Counted from the stretch's first letter, positions 1 through 10,165 are shown. The stretch: DNA of 64,000 nucleotides from Nanobdellota archaeon (GCA_022564635.1 JADFLA010000002.1:394-64393), one strand, 5' to 3'. The notes: generated from the letters alone by a model not told the origin. A program made the numbers and translations.

Positions 1-114
1 ACCTTATATAATTTATATACTATAAAAATAAAAACACTCGTTCTTGCCTCTATAAACAAAAAGGTTTATATCCTCTAGAATATAATATATGATAAAACTT
101 AAGCAGTTATAAAA

Positions 115-645
115 ATGCCAGAAAGCGAAGATATTAAGGAATTAAGGAAAGAATTAAAGAAATTAAAACCTAAGGATAGATTAAAAAGGTTAAAAGAATT
201 AGGGGAAAAAAGAAAAACTGAGATAGATGAAATAGAGGAACTCATAAAAGACTCGGAAAAAGATCTAAAGACGGATGAAGTAGCAGAAGAAATAACTCCA
301 GAACAAACAGAAATAAACATTGGAAGGTTATTTGAGGAAGAATCAGGAAAACTGGAAAGTACTGTAAGGAAAGAAGCACCAGATACAGAAAAAGAAGACC
401 AAAAGTATGTATCTTTAAAACAGGCTTATAGCGATTATTCTAGGCTGCAAGATATCACATATGCCAGCATGATGGGTCCTATAACATCTACACAAATGGA
501 TGCTGTTGACAGTATTGGGGAAAGACTTGACAGAAGCAAATACCATTCCCAAAGTGCAGAAGTCGCAGATATTCTGGTTGCAAGCAGGTCTGTTTTATAT
601 AAAATTAAGAAATATGCTGGTTTGGATGAACAAAGATCGTATTGA
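115..645 (+). CDS. hypothetical charged coiled-coil protein (176 aa)
   Basis: Intact ORF; K/E-rich N-terminus (KELRKELKKLKPKDRLKRLKELGEKRK); BRE/TATA-like aaaaaggtttatat at 58-71; no family recognised. Confidence 0.45.
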   Translation: MPESEDIKELRKELKKLKPKDRLKRLKELGEKRKTEIDEIEELIKDSEKDLKTDEVAEEITPEQTEINIGRLFEEESGKLESTVRKEAPDTEKEDQKYVSLKQAYSDYSRLQDITYASMMGPITSTQMDAVDSIGERLDRSKYHSQSAEVADILVASRSVLYKIKKYAGLDEQRSY

Positions 646-689
646 AGCCATATACTACTTTTGATACATATTTATTATTCTACATTGCT

Positions 690-1343
690 TTATGCTATTG
701 CACGGAATAATGCAAGTAATGGTCTATAAATGGACATCATAGTCATCATTCTGTATTTCTCCCATTCCTTGGAATCAACATTGGCTCCCACTGGTGGAAC
801 ATAACCAACATCACCAATCACCTCACCAGCAATAAAATACTTAAAATGTCGCTGTGCTTTTTCTATAACTTTGTTATCTACCAATACACCTGTACTTTTA
901 CTATCATTCTGAGGAAAAAAGCCATCCACAGGATTCTCATACATACTTTGTGACCTAAAAGTACCGATATGTCCCCATATTTTGTCATAGTTTGCATAAT
1001 TTGTATAAGGAGACATTCCAGAGTAGGGTTTTATAGTTCCATAACCCCCATGCGCTACCCTTTCTTTTTTATCTTCTGGTTCTTCTTCTGTTGTCTCTTC
1101 TAAATCTTCTTCATCTGATTTTTCTTCTTTAGCTTGGAATACAGCTTCGTTTATCTTTAGATTTATTAAAATAGAAGAAATAGAAAGTTTAGTACTAGCT
1201 GTAAATCTATTTCTTACTTTAGCTCTTTTGTTGCTCACTTTCTTTTTTTTACTCATCTCAACAAAATTTTTTGTAACTAATTCTATTAACGTGCTTTTTA
1301 TGGTATTCAAAAAACCACCTCTATTGGATATTATATCCAACAC
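690..1343 (-). CDS. hypothetical protein (start uncertain; first ATG gives 1256)
   Basis: 217-aa ORF opening with GTG; TATA-like gtatatataaaag sits immediately upstream, so the internal ATG (MSKKKKVSNK) may be the real start; no family recognised. Confidence 0.4.
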   Translation of the reverse strand: MLDIISNRGGFLNTIKSTLIELVTKNFVEMSKKKKVSNKRAKVRNRFTASTKLSISSILINLKINEAVFQAKEEKSDEEDLEETTEEEPEDKKERVAHGGYGTIKPYSGMSPYTNYANYDKIWGHIGTFRSQSMYENPVDGFFPQNDSKSTGVLVDNKVIEKAQRHFKYFIAGEVIGDVGYVPPVGANVDSKEWEKYRMMTMMSIYRPLLALFRAIA

Positions 1344-1391
1344 AAGCTTTTATATATACTTTTCTATTATCAAAAATAATTATTGTAAAAT

Positions 1392-1967
1392 CTATTTAAT
1401 TTTCTCCATAATATGCCTTAAGTTACTATCAACATGTATTGCAGCTGCTAATGCACCATGTTCAGCAAGTTTGTAAGAATCAGCATAAGCTACTATTACT
1501 AAATCCTTATTGCTTAGATCAAATTTATTTTCTAACTCGCTAAAATCCTGTTCATAATCTGAATCGTAAAGCCTAAGCTTTTCTTCATAGTTAAGGATAA
1601 TTGCACCATCTGCTCCATTTTTGACAGCTTCGTCTCTAAGAATATGAGATTTTTCAATTTCTTTTGGGTTTTTTATATGTACCCCAATCTTTTTTTTATT
1701 TGGAGATATATTAGCTAAGTCAATTTTTTTAATATCAATGCAATCTTTTATCTTCTTGACAATATTGCTACCAGCATTGCTTAAGTTATGGCCTTTTTTG
1801 TTCGACTCCAGAAGATTATTTCCTTTTAGTATATTTAAAATACTTCTTACTGTTCCTTCTCCCAAATCAAGCTCTTTTGAAAGTTGGGATCTGCTTATAG
1901 GTTTCTCTATCTTTAACAAGCACCTTAAGATATCGATTTTCGTAAAATTAGATAAATTCCCAACCAT
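1392..1967 (-). CDS. winged-helix regulator-like protein (resembles archaeal DUF4443 family)
   Basis: N-terminal wHTH-like segment ISRSQLSKELDLGEGTVRSILNILK plus ~120-aa C-terminal domain; family assignment from memory only. Confidence 0.5.
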   Translation of the reverse strand: MVGNLSNFTKIDILRCLLKIEKPISRSQLSKELDLGEGTVRSILNILKGNNLLESNKKGHNLSNAGSNIVKKIKDCIDIKKIDLANISPNKKKIGVHIKNPKEIEKSHILRDEAVKNGADGAIILNYEEKLRLYDSDYEQDFSELENKFDLSNKDLVIVAYADSYKLAEHGALAAAIHVDSNLRHIMEKIK

Positions 1968-2023
1968 TCTGACTACTATATGAAAAAAATATATAAGTTT
2001 TGCTGTTGTAGAAGGGGTAATGA

Positions 2024-2626
2024 TTATTTTCTTCTAAATAATCTACTAAACCAACTTCTTGGCTTTGATCGTTCATTCTCTGCATGTTGAATGTAGATTT
2101 CAGGTGTTAAGAAAATTGTGTTAATATTTCCAGCAAATCTTGGATCATTGAGCTTTCTTTTCTCTTTACCATATACTCTCCATATAATCTTTGCAAAGGT
2201 TTGCGCTAACTTTCTACCTTTTGCTGTTAACATACCTGGCATAGGGTGAAACAATTCAAGCCTGTTGAAGCCTTCTTTTATTAATAATTCTACAAAAACT
2301 TTAGAAATTGCAAAAGCATGGCCAGGATCTCTTTTATCATCTTGTATAAAAGCAGCCTCTACTAGAAAAACTTTCTCGCCTTCAAAAATTAACTCCTGAT
2401 GGAATTTACTAGTACCTAAAATAAACCCGATTATATGGTCTGACAAAAAGCCACCTTCAAAAACCAGAATTATCCATTCTGAAGTATGAAGAAATGCTCC
2501 CATTCCCATGTCAGTACCCCCTATTGAGGATTCGTAGCTCTCGAAAATTTGGCGGAGTTTCCCATCGAATTTTTTATCTAAAGAATTAAATAAGGAGATA
2601 TCGTGTATTTTCAGATGTATTGACAT
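2024..2626 (-). CDS. hypothetical protein (possibly acetyltransferase-like fold)
   Basis: 200-aa intact ORF with non-low-complexity composition; weak GNAT-like feel (FLVEAAFIQDD...GFNRLELF), unsupported by a clear motif. Confidence 0.35.
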   Translation of the reverse strand: MSIHLKIHDISLFNSLDKKFDGKLRQIFESYESSIGGTDMGMGAFLHTSEWIILVFEGGFLSDHIIGFILGTSKFHQELIFEGEKVFLVEAAFIQDDKRDPGHAFAISKVFVELLIKEGFNRLELFHPMPGMLTAKGRKLAQTFAKIIWRVYGKEKRKLNDPRFAGNINTIFLTPEIYIQHAENERSKPRSWFSRLFRRK

Positions 2627-2737
2627 AGTGGTATTATTAAATCTGAAATATAAAAACTTTTCCTTGATTAATGAATAATGGTAAAAATCTCAAAAAACAA
2701 CAAAATATAAAAACCAGTTCTTCATTAATTGATTTTG

Positions 2738-3271
2738 ATGAAACCTCAGGTATTTGGACAGATAAAAAAAGAGTATGATGTTTTTTATAAAGACTTATTG
2801 AGAAACGGCAAGCTTCCATTATGGAGTACTGGAAAAGGCTTCTGGGGAGGTGTAATAGCTGATGAGGTTTATGAAGCCTTCAAAAGAATAAATCTGCATA
2901 AACACAAAACCTTTATTGATTTAGGCAGCGGTGATGGTAAAGTAGTTTTAATAGCAGCCTTGTTTTGTAAAAGAGCTGTAGGAATAGAAATGGATAATGA
3001 GCTGTTCAGGAAAGCGATGGAAATGCAGATAAAGCTCAACATCCCAAATGCATTATTCTACAACAATGATTTTTATGATCATAGCATAAGAGATTTTGAT
3101 GTTGTTTTTACCTATCCAGATACACCTATGCATCGTGGTTTGGAAAAAAAACTATTAAATGAATTAACAGGAAAATTAGTGCATTACGGCCATCATTTCC
3201 ACCCGCAAAACCTTAAGGAAGAAGATAAATTTTTGGTGAATGGAAATTTGTTTACGGTTTATAGTAGATAA
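2738..3271 (+). CDS. class I SAM-dependent methyltransferase
   Basis: Motif I FIDLGSGDGKVV followed by acidic motif II GIEMD; first ATG at 2738 (the track ORF begins at TTG 2729). Confidence 0.7.
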   Translation: MKPQVFGQIKKEYDVFYKDLLRNGKLPLWSTGKGFWGGVIADEVYEAFKRINLHKHKTFIDLGSGDGKVVLIAALFCKRAVGIEMDNELFRKAMEMQIKLNIPNALFYNNDFYDHSIRDFDVVFTYPDTPMHRGLEKKLLNELTGKLVHYGHHFHPQNLKEEDKFLVNGNLFTVYSR

Positions 3272-3288
3272 TACCCTATTCATATAAA

Positions 3289-3996
3289 ATGTTAATATAC
3301 GAATATCAAAGGTTGGGAAGTCGTTTGGGAGGATTGCGCAAGTCAAGAAGATTAAATCGAAGACAAGCGGCTGAATATATTCATTCGAGATTTTCAGGTG
3401 TATCTGTAACTACCTTCGTGGATGACATTAGACAATACGAGAATGGTTTAAAGGATTTAGAGCTTGCACTTTCTGGAGAAGAACCCTATATAACCTCATT
3501 CAGACTATATATAGAAGCTATGAATTTGAGTGAACAAGAGAAACAAGAACTTTCAAGTCTTATTAAAAATCCTGAATTTAGTTATGAGATAAATGAAAAA
3601 TCACTCGCTAGAGGACGAAATATATACAGGAAGAGAGGGAGTACCGAGCTTGGTGAAGCTATAAACACTGTTGAAGCCATAGACACTATAGTGGAAGATT
3701 TACTACCTTATGCACAAAATATTCCCGATGTAGGTTATGATATTAAGCAAATTGAATTAATTGATGACAAACTTAGAATTGCTTTTCAGGAGCCAGATGT
3801 TTTATTGGAAGATGCTGTGCTAGATTTTGAAGAAACTATTAATAAACAAAAATTTCCATATCCTATGCAACTTGATTTTAGTTATGAAGGAAATTTTTTA
3901 GTGATATCACCTTCATTGGAAATATATAGCATAGTTAGAGTAAATTCTATTAGTTTTTTGAAAGCATATAAAACTGTGTTAGAGCAACGAAATTGA
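3289..3996 (+). CDS. hypothetical protein with N-terminal HTH-like segment
   Basis: LGGLRKSRRLNRRQAAEYI resembles an XRE-type HTH; the rest is unrecognised; composition typical of a real gene. Confidence 0.45.
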   Translation: MLIYEYQRLGSRLGGLRKSRRLNRRQAAEYIHSRFSGVSVTTFVDDIRQYENGLKDLELALSGEEPYITSFRLYIEAMNLSEQEKQELSSLIKNPEFSYEINEKSLARGRNIYRKRGSTELGEAINTVEAIDTIVEDLLPYAQNIPDVGYDIKQIELIDDKLRIAFQEPDVLLEDAVLDFEETINKQKFPYPMQLDFSYEGNFLVISPSLEIYSIVRVNSISFLKAYKTVLEQRN

Positions 3997-4003
3997 ACGT
4001 TAT

Positions 4004-4846
4004 TTAATTGAATAACATAAACCCCACATCCTCAATTATTTCATTTTTTAACTTTATTCTATTTTTATCAACAATTTCAAATTTTTTGTTTTCATTCAAT
4101 AATTCTAAAAGATCATTATTTATTGTAGAATTAATTTCATTGAATTCTAATATATTATTATTTAATTTATAGTCTTTAAACATAAAAACGCCATTATTTT
4201 CTGTATAAAGAACAGGGCCCTTAAGCATTGTTTCAAACTTATTTACCAATTCATTAGAGTATTTTTTTATACATTCAAAATTTATTTTTGCTATTTCTAT
4301 TGATTTTTGGCAATTAAAACTATGCGGAAAATGGCTTAACAAAGTAATATCAAAGTACCTTATTGCATAATTAATATAGAACGAAAATTTAAATCCCTCT
4401 GAATTATTTAATGCTAGTAATATAAAATCGTTCTGTATCTTTTGTTGTTTTTCCTTGTTTTCCATAAAAAAATCTACACAACATTGTGGATAGTCTAAAA
4501 GCTCTCCAACTGCTTTATCATCATTTTTATATTCTAATAATTTGAGAAATTTTGCTTTGTTTTTATCTTTAGAAATGTAGATGTGATATAAACCAGAACC
4601 AGGATAATTTATAGGAACTTTTTTTGCAACATTGGCATAACTACCTTTTCCTTTATCCATTATTTTTATAACCTTAAAATCTGATATTTCTAAATGCAAA
4701 TTTTCTTTATTGCAGAAATCTTTTATATTTTTTAATTCAACTTCATTTGCATCTAACCTTACTAATTTTTTAATATCATTCAATAAATATAGAATCTCTA
4801 AAGATCTAGTATAATTACCAAAAATTTTTAATAGTTTGTCTATCAT
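4004..4846 (-). CDS. hypothetical protein (DUF483-like, YPxCC motif)
   Basis: LLDYPQCCVDFF motif recalls archaeal DUF483 proteins; 280-aa intact ORF. Confidence 0.45.
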   Translation of the reverse strand: MIDKLLKIFGNYTRSLEILYLLNDIKKLVRLDANEVELKNIKDFCNKENLHLEISDFKVIKIMDKGKGSYANVAKKVPINYPGSGLYHIYISKDKNKAKFLKLLEYKNDDKAVGELLDYPQCCVDFFMENKEKQQKIQNDFILLALNNSEGFKFSFYINYAIRYFDITLLSHFPHSFNCQKSIEIAKINFECIKKYSNELVNKFETMLKGPVLYTENNGVFMFKDYKLNNNILEFNEINSTINNDLLELLNENKKFEIVDKNRIKLKNEIIEDVGFMLFN

Positions 4847-4888
4847 AAAAATGAATAGAAGTTATCTAAATAAAATGTTTTCTATTTT

Positions 4889-5272
4889 TTAAAGTGTAGT
4901 TAATTTTAAAATTTTTATGTTCTTATAGTGTTTAACATTGTTAGTAATTAATGTAAAGTTGTTAGTGATAGTTACAGCAGCTATCATTATATCAAAATCT
5001 CCAATAATTTTTCCATGCTTTGTGAGATTTGATTTTATCTTGCCAAAGCTGCCACATATATTGAAATCTAGATTTAATATTTTTACTCCTGCCAAAAAAT
5101 CCATCAATTTTGAATAATGCTTATCAATGTTATTTGAATTGTGCACACCAAAGAATAATTCCGCTAAAGATAGTGTGGTAATAAATAGATTATTTAGTTT
5201 TGTTAATTTTTCTATTGCTCTATTATTGCCTCTCAAATAATCAATTGCTATATCCGTATCTAAAACATACAT
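4889..5272 (-). CDS. vapC: PIN-domain ribonuclease toxin VapC
   Basis: N-terminal MYVLDTDIAIDYLRG acidic PIN signature, ~127 aa, immediately downstream of a small partner ORF. Confidence 0.8.
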   Translation of the reverse strand: MYVLDTDIAIDYLRGNNRAIEKLTKLNNLFITTLSLAELFFGVHNSNNIDKHYSKLMDFLAGVKILNLDFNICGSFGKIKSNLTKHGKIIGDFDIMIAAVTITNNFTLITNNVKHYKNIKILKLTTL

Positions 5273-5273
5273 T

Positions 5274-5555
5274 TTAATCTAAGCTAATACCCCACCTTGT
5301 GCCTTTTTTTCTGCCTTCATAAATTTCTTTAACTAAATTTTCATCAATATCTTTCCAACCGCCAGCTGCTGATAAAAATTTTTTTCTTTTTTCCAACATT
5401 TCTAAGTTCTCTTTAGCCTTATTTAGTGCGAAAGAAATTGTAGAGTTTATATTCACTTTTTCTACATAGGGAATAACATGTTTTTTCTCTAATTCTTTTG
5501 AAAGGTTTTTAATCTCTTCATAATTCTTTTCCGAAACTTTTATGCTTTTCAACAT
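5274..5555 (-). CDS. putative VapB-type antitoxin
   Basis: 93-aa ORF ending 1 nt before vapC; first ATG at 5555 (the track starts at GTG 5564); assignment by position only. Confidence 0.55.
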   Translation of the reverse strand: MLKSIKVSEKNYEEIKNLSKELEKKHVIPYVEKVNINSTISFALNKAKENLEMLEKRKKFLSAAGGWKDIDENLVKEIYEGRKKGTRWGISLD

Positions 5556-5600
5556 TTTTACCACATTTATACTACTTATTTACCACTAAAAGTAGAAATA

Positions 5601-5616
5601 ATATTTAAATCTTTTG
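5601..5616 (-). promoter_or_regulatory. BRE/TATA promoter for the vapBC operon
   Basis: Minus-strand caaaagatttaaatat matches the recurrent AAAGATTTAAATA promoter consensus of this window, ~45 nt upstream of ATG 5555. Confidence 0.45.
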
Positions 5617-5715
5617 TTTTAATTAACATTTTTAGTTTTTCCAAAAGTAAATTTTTGTTTATCATTCAAAAATAGTCATAAACATTTATAAATCTTTAAT
5701 AGAATTTTAATTATT

Positions 5716-6516
5716 ATGAAGTTTGATTTGCCTAGAAGAGAGCATCCTAACTTAGAGAAGTATGAGAAGCATGATGTAGATTTATCATATAGGTTCGCAA
5801 ATGAAGTTTACAAGGAAATGGGTGGTATGATAAGGGCTGTTGTCATATTTGGCTCTGCTGCAAGGAAAACAACCACTATTAAAAGCGATATAGATGTTCT
5901 CGTTATTATTGATGACCTTATAATAAGTCTAAGTCCTGAGGTATTAGAGGCTTATCGTGTTATCGTGAACAAATCAATCGTAAAAGTCTCAACCCGTTTA
6001 CACATAACAACCTTAAGGTTTACATCATTTTGGGATTATATAAGGAATGGTGACCCAATTGGTATTAACATCTTAAGAGACGGTGTTGCTCTGATAGATT
6101 CTGGATTCTTTGATCCTTTGCAGATGCTCCTGAAAAAAGGCAAGATAAGGCCTACCTCAGAAAGCATATGGACTTACTATATTAGAGCCCCTAACACATT
6201 GCACAACAGCAAATGGCATTTACTGCAAGCTACCCTAGATTTATATTGGGCAGTTATCGATGCTGCACACGCTGCTTTAATGAGACATGGAGAAATACCC
6301 CCAACTCCGGAGCATGTTGCTGATTTACTTGAACGCAAACTAGTAAAAAAGAAATTGCTTGAACACAAATATGTCACAATTATGAAACATTTCTACAAAC
6401 TCATGAAGATGATAACTCACAGAGAGATAAAGGAAATATCAGGAACAGAATATGATAAATATTACATCGCAGCAGAAGACTTTGTCAAGAGGATGAGGGA
6501 GTTTGTTGAGGAGTGA
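5716..6516 (+). CDS. nucleotidyltransferase-domain protein with helical (HEPN/KNTase_C-like) C-terminus
   Basis: Minimal NTase motif VVIFGSAARKTTTIKSDIDVLVIIDD; helical C-terminal half. Confidence 0.7.
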   Translation: MKFDLPRREHPNLEKYEKHDVDLSYRFANEVYKEMGGMIRAVVIFGSAARKTTTIKSDIDVLVIIDDLIISLSPEVLEAYRVIVNKSIVKVSTRLHITTLRFTSFWDYIRNGDPIGINILRDGVALIDSGFFDPLQMLLKKGKIRPTSESIWTYYIRAPNTLHNSKWHLLQATLDLYWAVIDAAHAALMRHGEIPPTPEHVADLLERKLVKKKLLEHKYVTIMKHFYKLMKMITHREIKEISGTEYDKYYIAAEDFVKRMREFVEE

Positions 6517-6554
6517 GATAAAATAAGAAAAGATATAAAAAATTAAGTAAATTT

Positions 6555-8207
6555 CTAACCTTTTAGATAAGGTTTGTTAATACTATTATCGTGGTATAAA
6601 ATCCTCATTACACCAATTATCTTTTGCTGTAATGCTTCTCTGTTTGCAGTAGCATAGTCAACTACTGCTTTGTTTGTATCCAGTAATTTCGCAATTTCAT
6701 TTTTTTTAAATTTAAGGTCCTCTGCTTCATAAATTTGGGAAGCTAATCTATAGATTAAATCTTTATTACCAAATCTAGCTATATACCGTTTTATTCTGGG
6801 TCTGTTTCCTATTTTTCTAAAAATTCCAGCAACAACATTATTTGGGATTTCAAGGAAATAACCAATATCTGGTACTGTCATTTCTAAACTATATCCTCTA
6901 CGAATCTGTTCTTTCTTTTCTTCAGTAGGTATATTTCTCTGTTTGCTATTATACATTGATTCTACCCCTACAGCGCGGAATATTCTTCCTAAGGTTGTTA
7001 AGTGCATGTTTAAACCATCTGCTATAACTGTCAGCTCTATTTTTTCTCTATAATTTGCCCCTTTTTCTAATCTCTCAAATGCAGTAATTAATGTTCCAAA
7101 TTGTACACCTGATTTTTTGCTTCCTGATTCCATATATTCAAATGCTTTTTGGAAAGCCCAGGATTCTTTCTTAACTAATTCATCAACTCTTGTTTTTAAA
7201 ATGTAAATTATGTTTTCCAAGGATTGTTTTTTACCTTGCTCTGCCTCTTCCTTCTTTTCAACCCATTTCGGATTTTGATCTGAATGGATAATATATTGTC
7301 TAATTCTTTCTCTTGATATTTTAATCGATTTATTAAGTTCGACTCGCATTTCTTGAAGGGACATCCCCCTTTCAATTAAATTATCGATTTCAGGCCTTCT
7401 TTTGGTTCCAGGTCTTACTGGTAATCCAATTCCAGGCAAATCAATTTCTCCTTCCTTAATTAGAGTATAAGTTAAGGATTCTGTTAATCGTACTTCTATA
7501 GCAATAGATTTTATAGATTTATATCCGTCATCTTTTGCTTGTTTAATTGCGTTTATTTTTTCCTCTCTTGTTCTGTAATCTATTCCAGGCAACTTAATGT
7601 CAGCTTCAATAGCATGCTCACGAATAGTTTTTACTTTTAATCCAAGATATTTTGCAACAGCATCTTCTGAATCAGCACCATCTGCAATTGCTTGAAGAAT
7701 AGCTCTCGATCTCTTTTTTTTATGTCTTTCAAGTTTTGAAAATGTAATCCCAGCTTCCGGAGCATATCTATTAACTTTATCTCTTGATAATCCAGTTTTT
7801 TCAATAACATCATCTATAATATCCCCACCCACATATGCTTCACGAATTGCATTAACATATCTATCTCTCATCCTATAATTTCCTCTAGATGTTTTAACGC
7901 CATTTTGCGTTTGATTACCACCATTATCACCATCTACTGTTAGTATTGGAATAGATTCTGGAATATCTATTTGGTAATAGGACATAAACATATCAATAAT
8001 TATTGGGGATATACCTAATTCACTAGCAATTTCTGCTAATCTTTGTTTTCCGGAAGAAATAGAGTTTTGAATACTTCTTTTAGTAGATTCTTCAATATTA
8101 TTTACTGTGGATATATCTAATTTTAATTCTTCGACTATAGCAGAGTCATCATAACTAGACATTCGCATTTCCAAAATCCTAGTTATTCTATCTTCCAAAA
8201 ATGACAT
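6555..8207 (-). CDS. orphan protein built from repeated HTH-like modules (550 aa)
   Basis: At least four ~45-aa units of the form AI(R/L/K)xA..G...(HTH)...I.LPGI, e.g. RSRAILQAIADGADSEDAVAKYLGLKVKTIREHAIEADIKLPGI; TATA ttatatata ~28 nt upstream. Confidence 0.55.
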   Translation of the reverse strand: MSFLEDRITRILEMRMSSYDDSAIVEELKLDISTVNNIEESTKRSIQNSISSGKQRLAEIASELGISPIIIDMFMSYYQIDIPESIPILTVDGDNGGNQTQNGVKTSRGNYRMRDRYVNAIREAYVGGDIIDDVIEKTGLSRDKVNRYAPEAGITFSKLERHKKKRSRAILQAIADGADSEDAVAKYLGLKVKTIREHAIEADIKLPGIDYRTREEKINAIKQAKDDGYKSIKSIAIEVRLTESLTYTLIKEGEIDLPGIGLPVRPGTKRRPEIDNLIERGMSLQEMRVELNKSIKISRERIRQYIIHSDQNPKWVEKKEEAEQGKKQSLENIIYILKTRVDELVKKESWAFQKAFEYMESGSKKSGVQFGTLITAFERLEKGANYREKIELTVIADGLNMHLTTLGRIFRAVGVESMYNSKQRNIPTEEKKEQIRRGYSLEMTVPDIGYFLEIPNNVVAGIFRKIGNRPRIKRYIARFGNKDLIYRLASQIYEAEDLKFKKNEIAKLLDTNKAVVDYATANREALQQKIIGVMRILYHDNSINKPYLKG

Positions 8208-8325
8208 TTTAGGTTAATTATTACGAATTATTATATATAACAAAGATGGAAGCCTATTTAAATTTGTCGTGTATTTTTATGCTTCAATTGCAACATTTTT
8301 AAACAAAACCTGATTCTTTATTCTT

Positions 8326-8907
8326 ATGACATTCAAAAAAGAAAAAAATGATTTTTTAAATAAAAAAGACAAAAGCAGAAAAGGTAACATAGACATTAAA
8401 ATAAAAAAGTTAGTTAATAAAATAAATTCTCTTAATGAATTTTACACAACAAGCAGCTGTTCTGGTAGGGTTTTATTATTAGCAATACCTAAATCAAATA
8501 AGAAAAATGAAGTCAAATATTTATTCTGTTCTCATAAAAAGATAAGATATGATGAAATTAAAAAAATTATTAATAAAAAATTGCCGAAAAATGATATATG
8601 GTTTAAAGTTCAACCAGTTATTATACATATAGCTTGTAAAAATATTAATAATGCTAAAAAAATATTAAATGTTGCAAGAGACATTGGCTTTAGAAGGTCT
8701 GGAATTATTTCTATAAGAAAAAATAAGATTATAATGGAGTTAATAAGTACTGAGAAAATTGAAACTATTATTAGTAAAAATGGAAAATTATTGATTGATG
8801 AAGATTATTTGAAAGTTTTGGTTAAAGAGGGAAATGAAAAATTAGAGAAGACTTGGGAGAAGATTGATAAATTATATGGAGCATTAGGAACTATTTCTAT
8901 TGATTAA
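8326..8907 (+). CDS. taw3: tRNA wybutosine-synthesis methyltransferase Taw3/TYW3-like
   Basis: Hallmark YTTSSCSGRV motif of the TYW3 family; size ~190 aa. Confidence 0.7.
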   Translation: MTFKKEKNDFLNKKDKSRKGNIDIKIKKLVNKINSLNEFYTTSSCSGRVLLLAIPKSNKKNEVKYLFCSHKKIRYDEIKKIINKKLPKNDIWFKVQPVIIHIACKNINNAKKILNVARDIGFRRSGIISIRKNKIIMELISTEKIETIISKNGKLLIDEDYLKVLVKEGNEKLEKTWEKIDKLYGALGTISID

Positions 8908-8947
8908 AAACAAAACATTTAAATACTATAGTATATACGTATATACA

Positions 8948-9724
8948 ATGATAGAAACAAAGATAGTCCAGAAATTTGGTAATAGCAGTCATGTAGTCTT
9001 GCCAAAAGAGTATATAGGCAAAAGAATAAGATTCATAGCAGAACCCAAAACTTTTGAAGATATAAAATCTGAAATATTAGGAATTCTAAAACCTAATTTA
9101 GAGAAGACCATAGGGGTATATTTATACGGTTCCTATGCCAGAAATGAGCAAACTATTAACTCAGATATAGATATATTGACAGTAACAAGCAGCAAATTAA
9201 AAATAATTGATAAAATTGATAACTATACAATTATCTCTACTACTATAGAAGAACTTGAGGATACATTAAGGAGTAATGCTGTTTTAATTTTACCGATAAT
9301 AAAAGAAGCAAAAACCATTATTAATCCAAATTTATTAAATAAATACAAGAATTATAAATTTACAAATAAAAACACTAAATCTTTTATTAACAGTTGTATC
9401 GAGGTATTAAAATTAAACAAAAAAGGTTTAGAATTAGATTTTGAAATAGGAAGCCTTGTTTATTCTTTAATATTAAGAATAAGGGGCTTGTTAATTATAA
9501 AACTTATGTTGAACAATAAGTTATACTCAAAATCATTATTATTTAATCATTTAGAAAATAATAATATATCAAAAAATAAAATTAGAGAATTGTATAAAAT
9601 TTACACTGAAGAAAGAAATAACGATAAAGTAAAAAAAAGTGATATTATAACAAAAACCGATATAGAAAAATTATTAGTCATTGCTCATAAATTATTAAAA
9701 GAGGTAAAAATGTTATTTAAATGA
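8948..9724 (+). CDS. AbrB/SpoVT-like domain fused to a nucleotidyltransferase domain
   Basis: N-terminal KIVQKFGNSSHVVLPKEY (AbrB swapped-hairpin signature), then GVYLYGSYARNEQTINSDIDILTV NTase motif; start moved to ATG 8948. Confidence 0.65.
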   Translation: MIETKIVQKFGNSSHVVLPKEYIGKRIRFIAEPKTFEDIKSEILGILKPNLEKTIGVYLYGSYARNEQTINSDIDILTVTSSKLKIIDKIDNYTIISTTIEELEDTLRSNAVLILPIIKEAKTIINPNLLNKYKNYKFTNKNTKSFINSCIEVLKLNKKGLELDFEIGSLVYSLILRIRGLLIIKLMLNNKLYSKSLLFNHLENNNISKNKIRELYKIYTEERNNDKVKKSDIITKTDIEKLLVIAHKLLKEVKMLFK

Positions 9725-9936
9725 GCAAAAAGAAATATAAAAAGGGTATTGAAAGTCTAAAAAAAGAAATTGGTATACATAGAAATATTAAGCTGCAAAA
9801 GGCTTTGGAAGAAGATAATATTGAATTAGCTGGTTATTATCAAAAAGAGATTAAAAGATTAGAAAGCCAATTAATGGAAAAAGAGGAAAAATTATTGCCT
9901 AGGAGTAAGAGGTTAGAGATTAAAAAGAAGAAATAA
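9721..9936 (+). CDS. small coiled-coil protein coupled to the NTase gene
   Basis: ATGA start/stop overlap with the upstream gene; 71 aa, K/E-rich helix. Confidence 0.4.
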   Translation: MSKKKYKKGIESLKKEIGIHRNIKLQKALEEDNIELAGYYQKEIKRLESQLMEKEEKLLPRSKRLEIKKKK

Positions 9937-9982
9937 AAATATTTTTAAAGTAGTTGATTATTTTAAACTTGTATCACATAAA

Positions 9983-10165
9983 ATGGTATTGGCATTAGAA
10001 AATATAGTAAGAACTGCAAAACTCGAACCATTATTTACTACAATTATGGGTATTATGTCTTTGGAAGTGGGAGCGGTAGTAGGAAAAACGCTATCAGATG
10101 GAATAGCTCCTATTGATGTCCCAATTTTATTAGCTTCTGGTTTCGTTGCAAGTGCTGTTGCATAG
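9983..10165 (+). CDS. hypothetical small hydrophobic protein (possibly truncated)
   Basis: 60-aa ORF ending at TAG; the frame stays open a further 42 codons to TAA at 10293. Confidence 0.3.
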   Translation: MVLALENIVRTAKLEPLFTTIMGIMSLEVGAVVGKTLSDGIAPIDVPILLASGFVASAVA

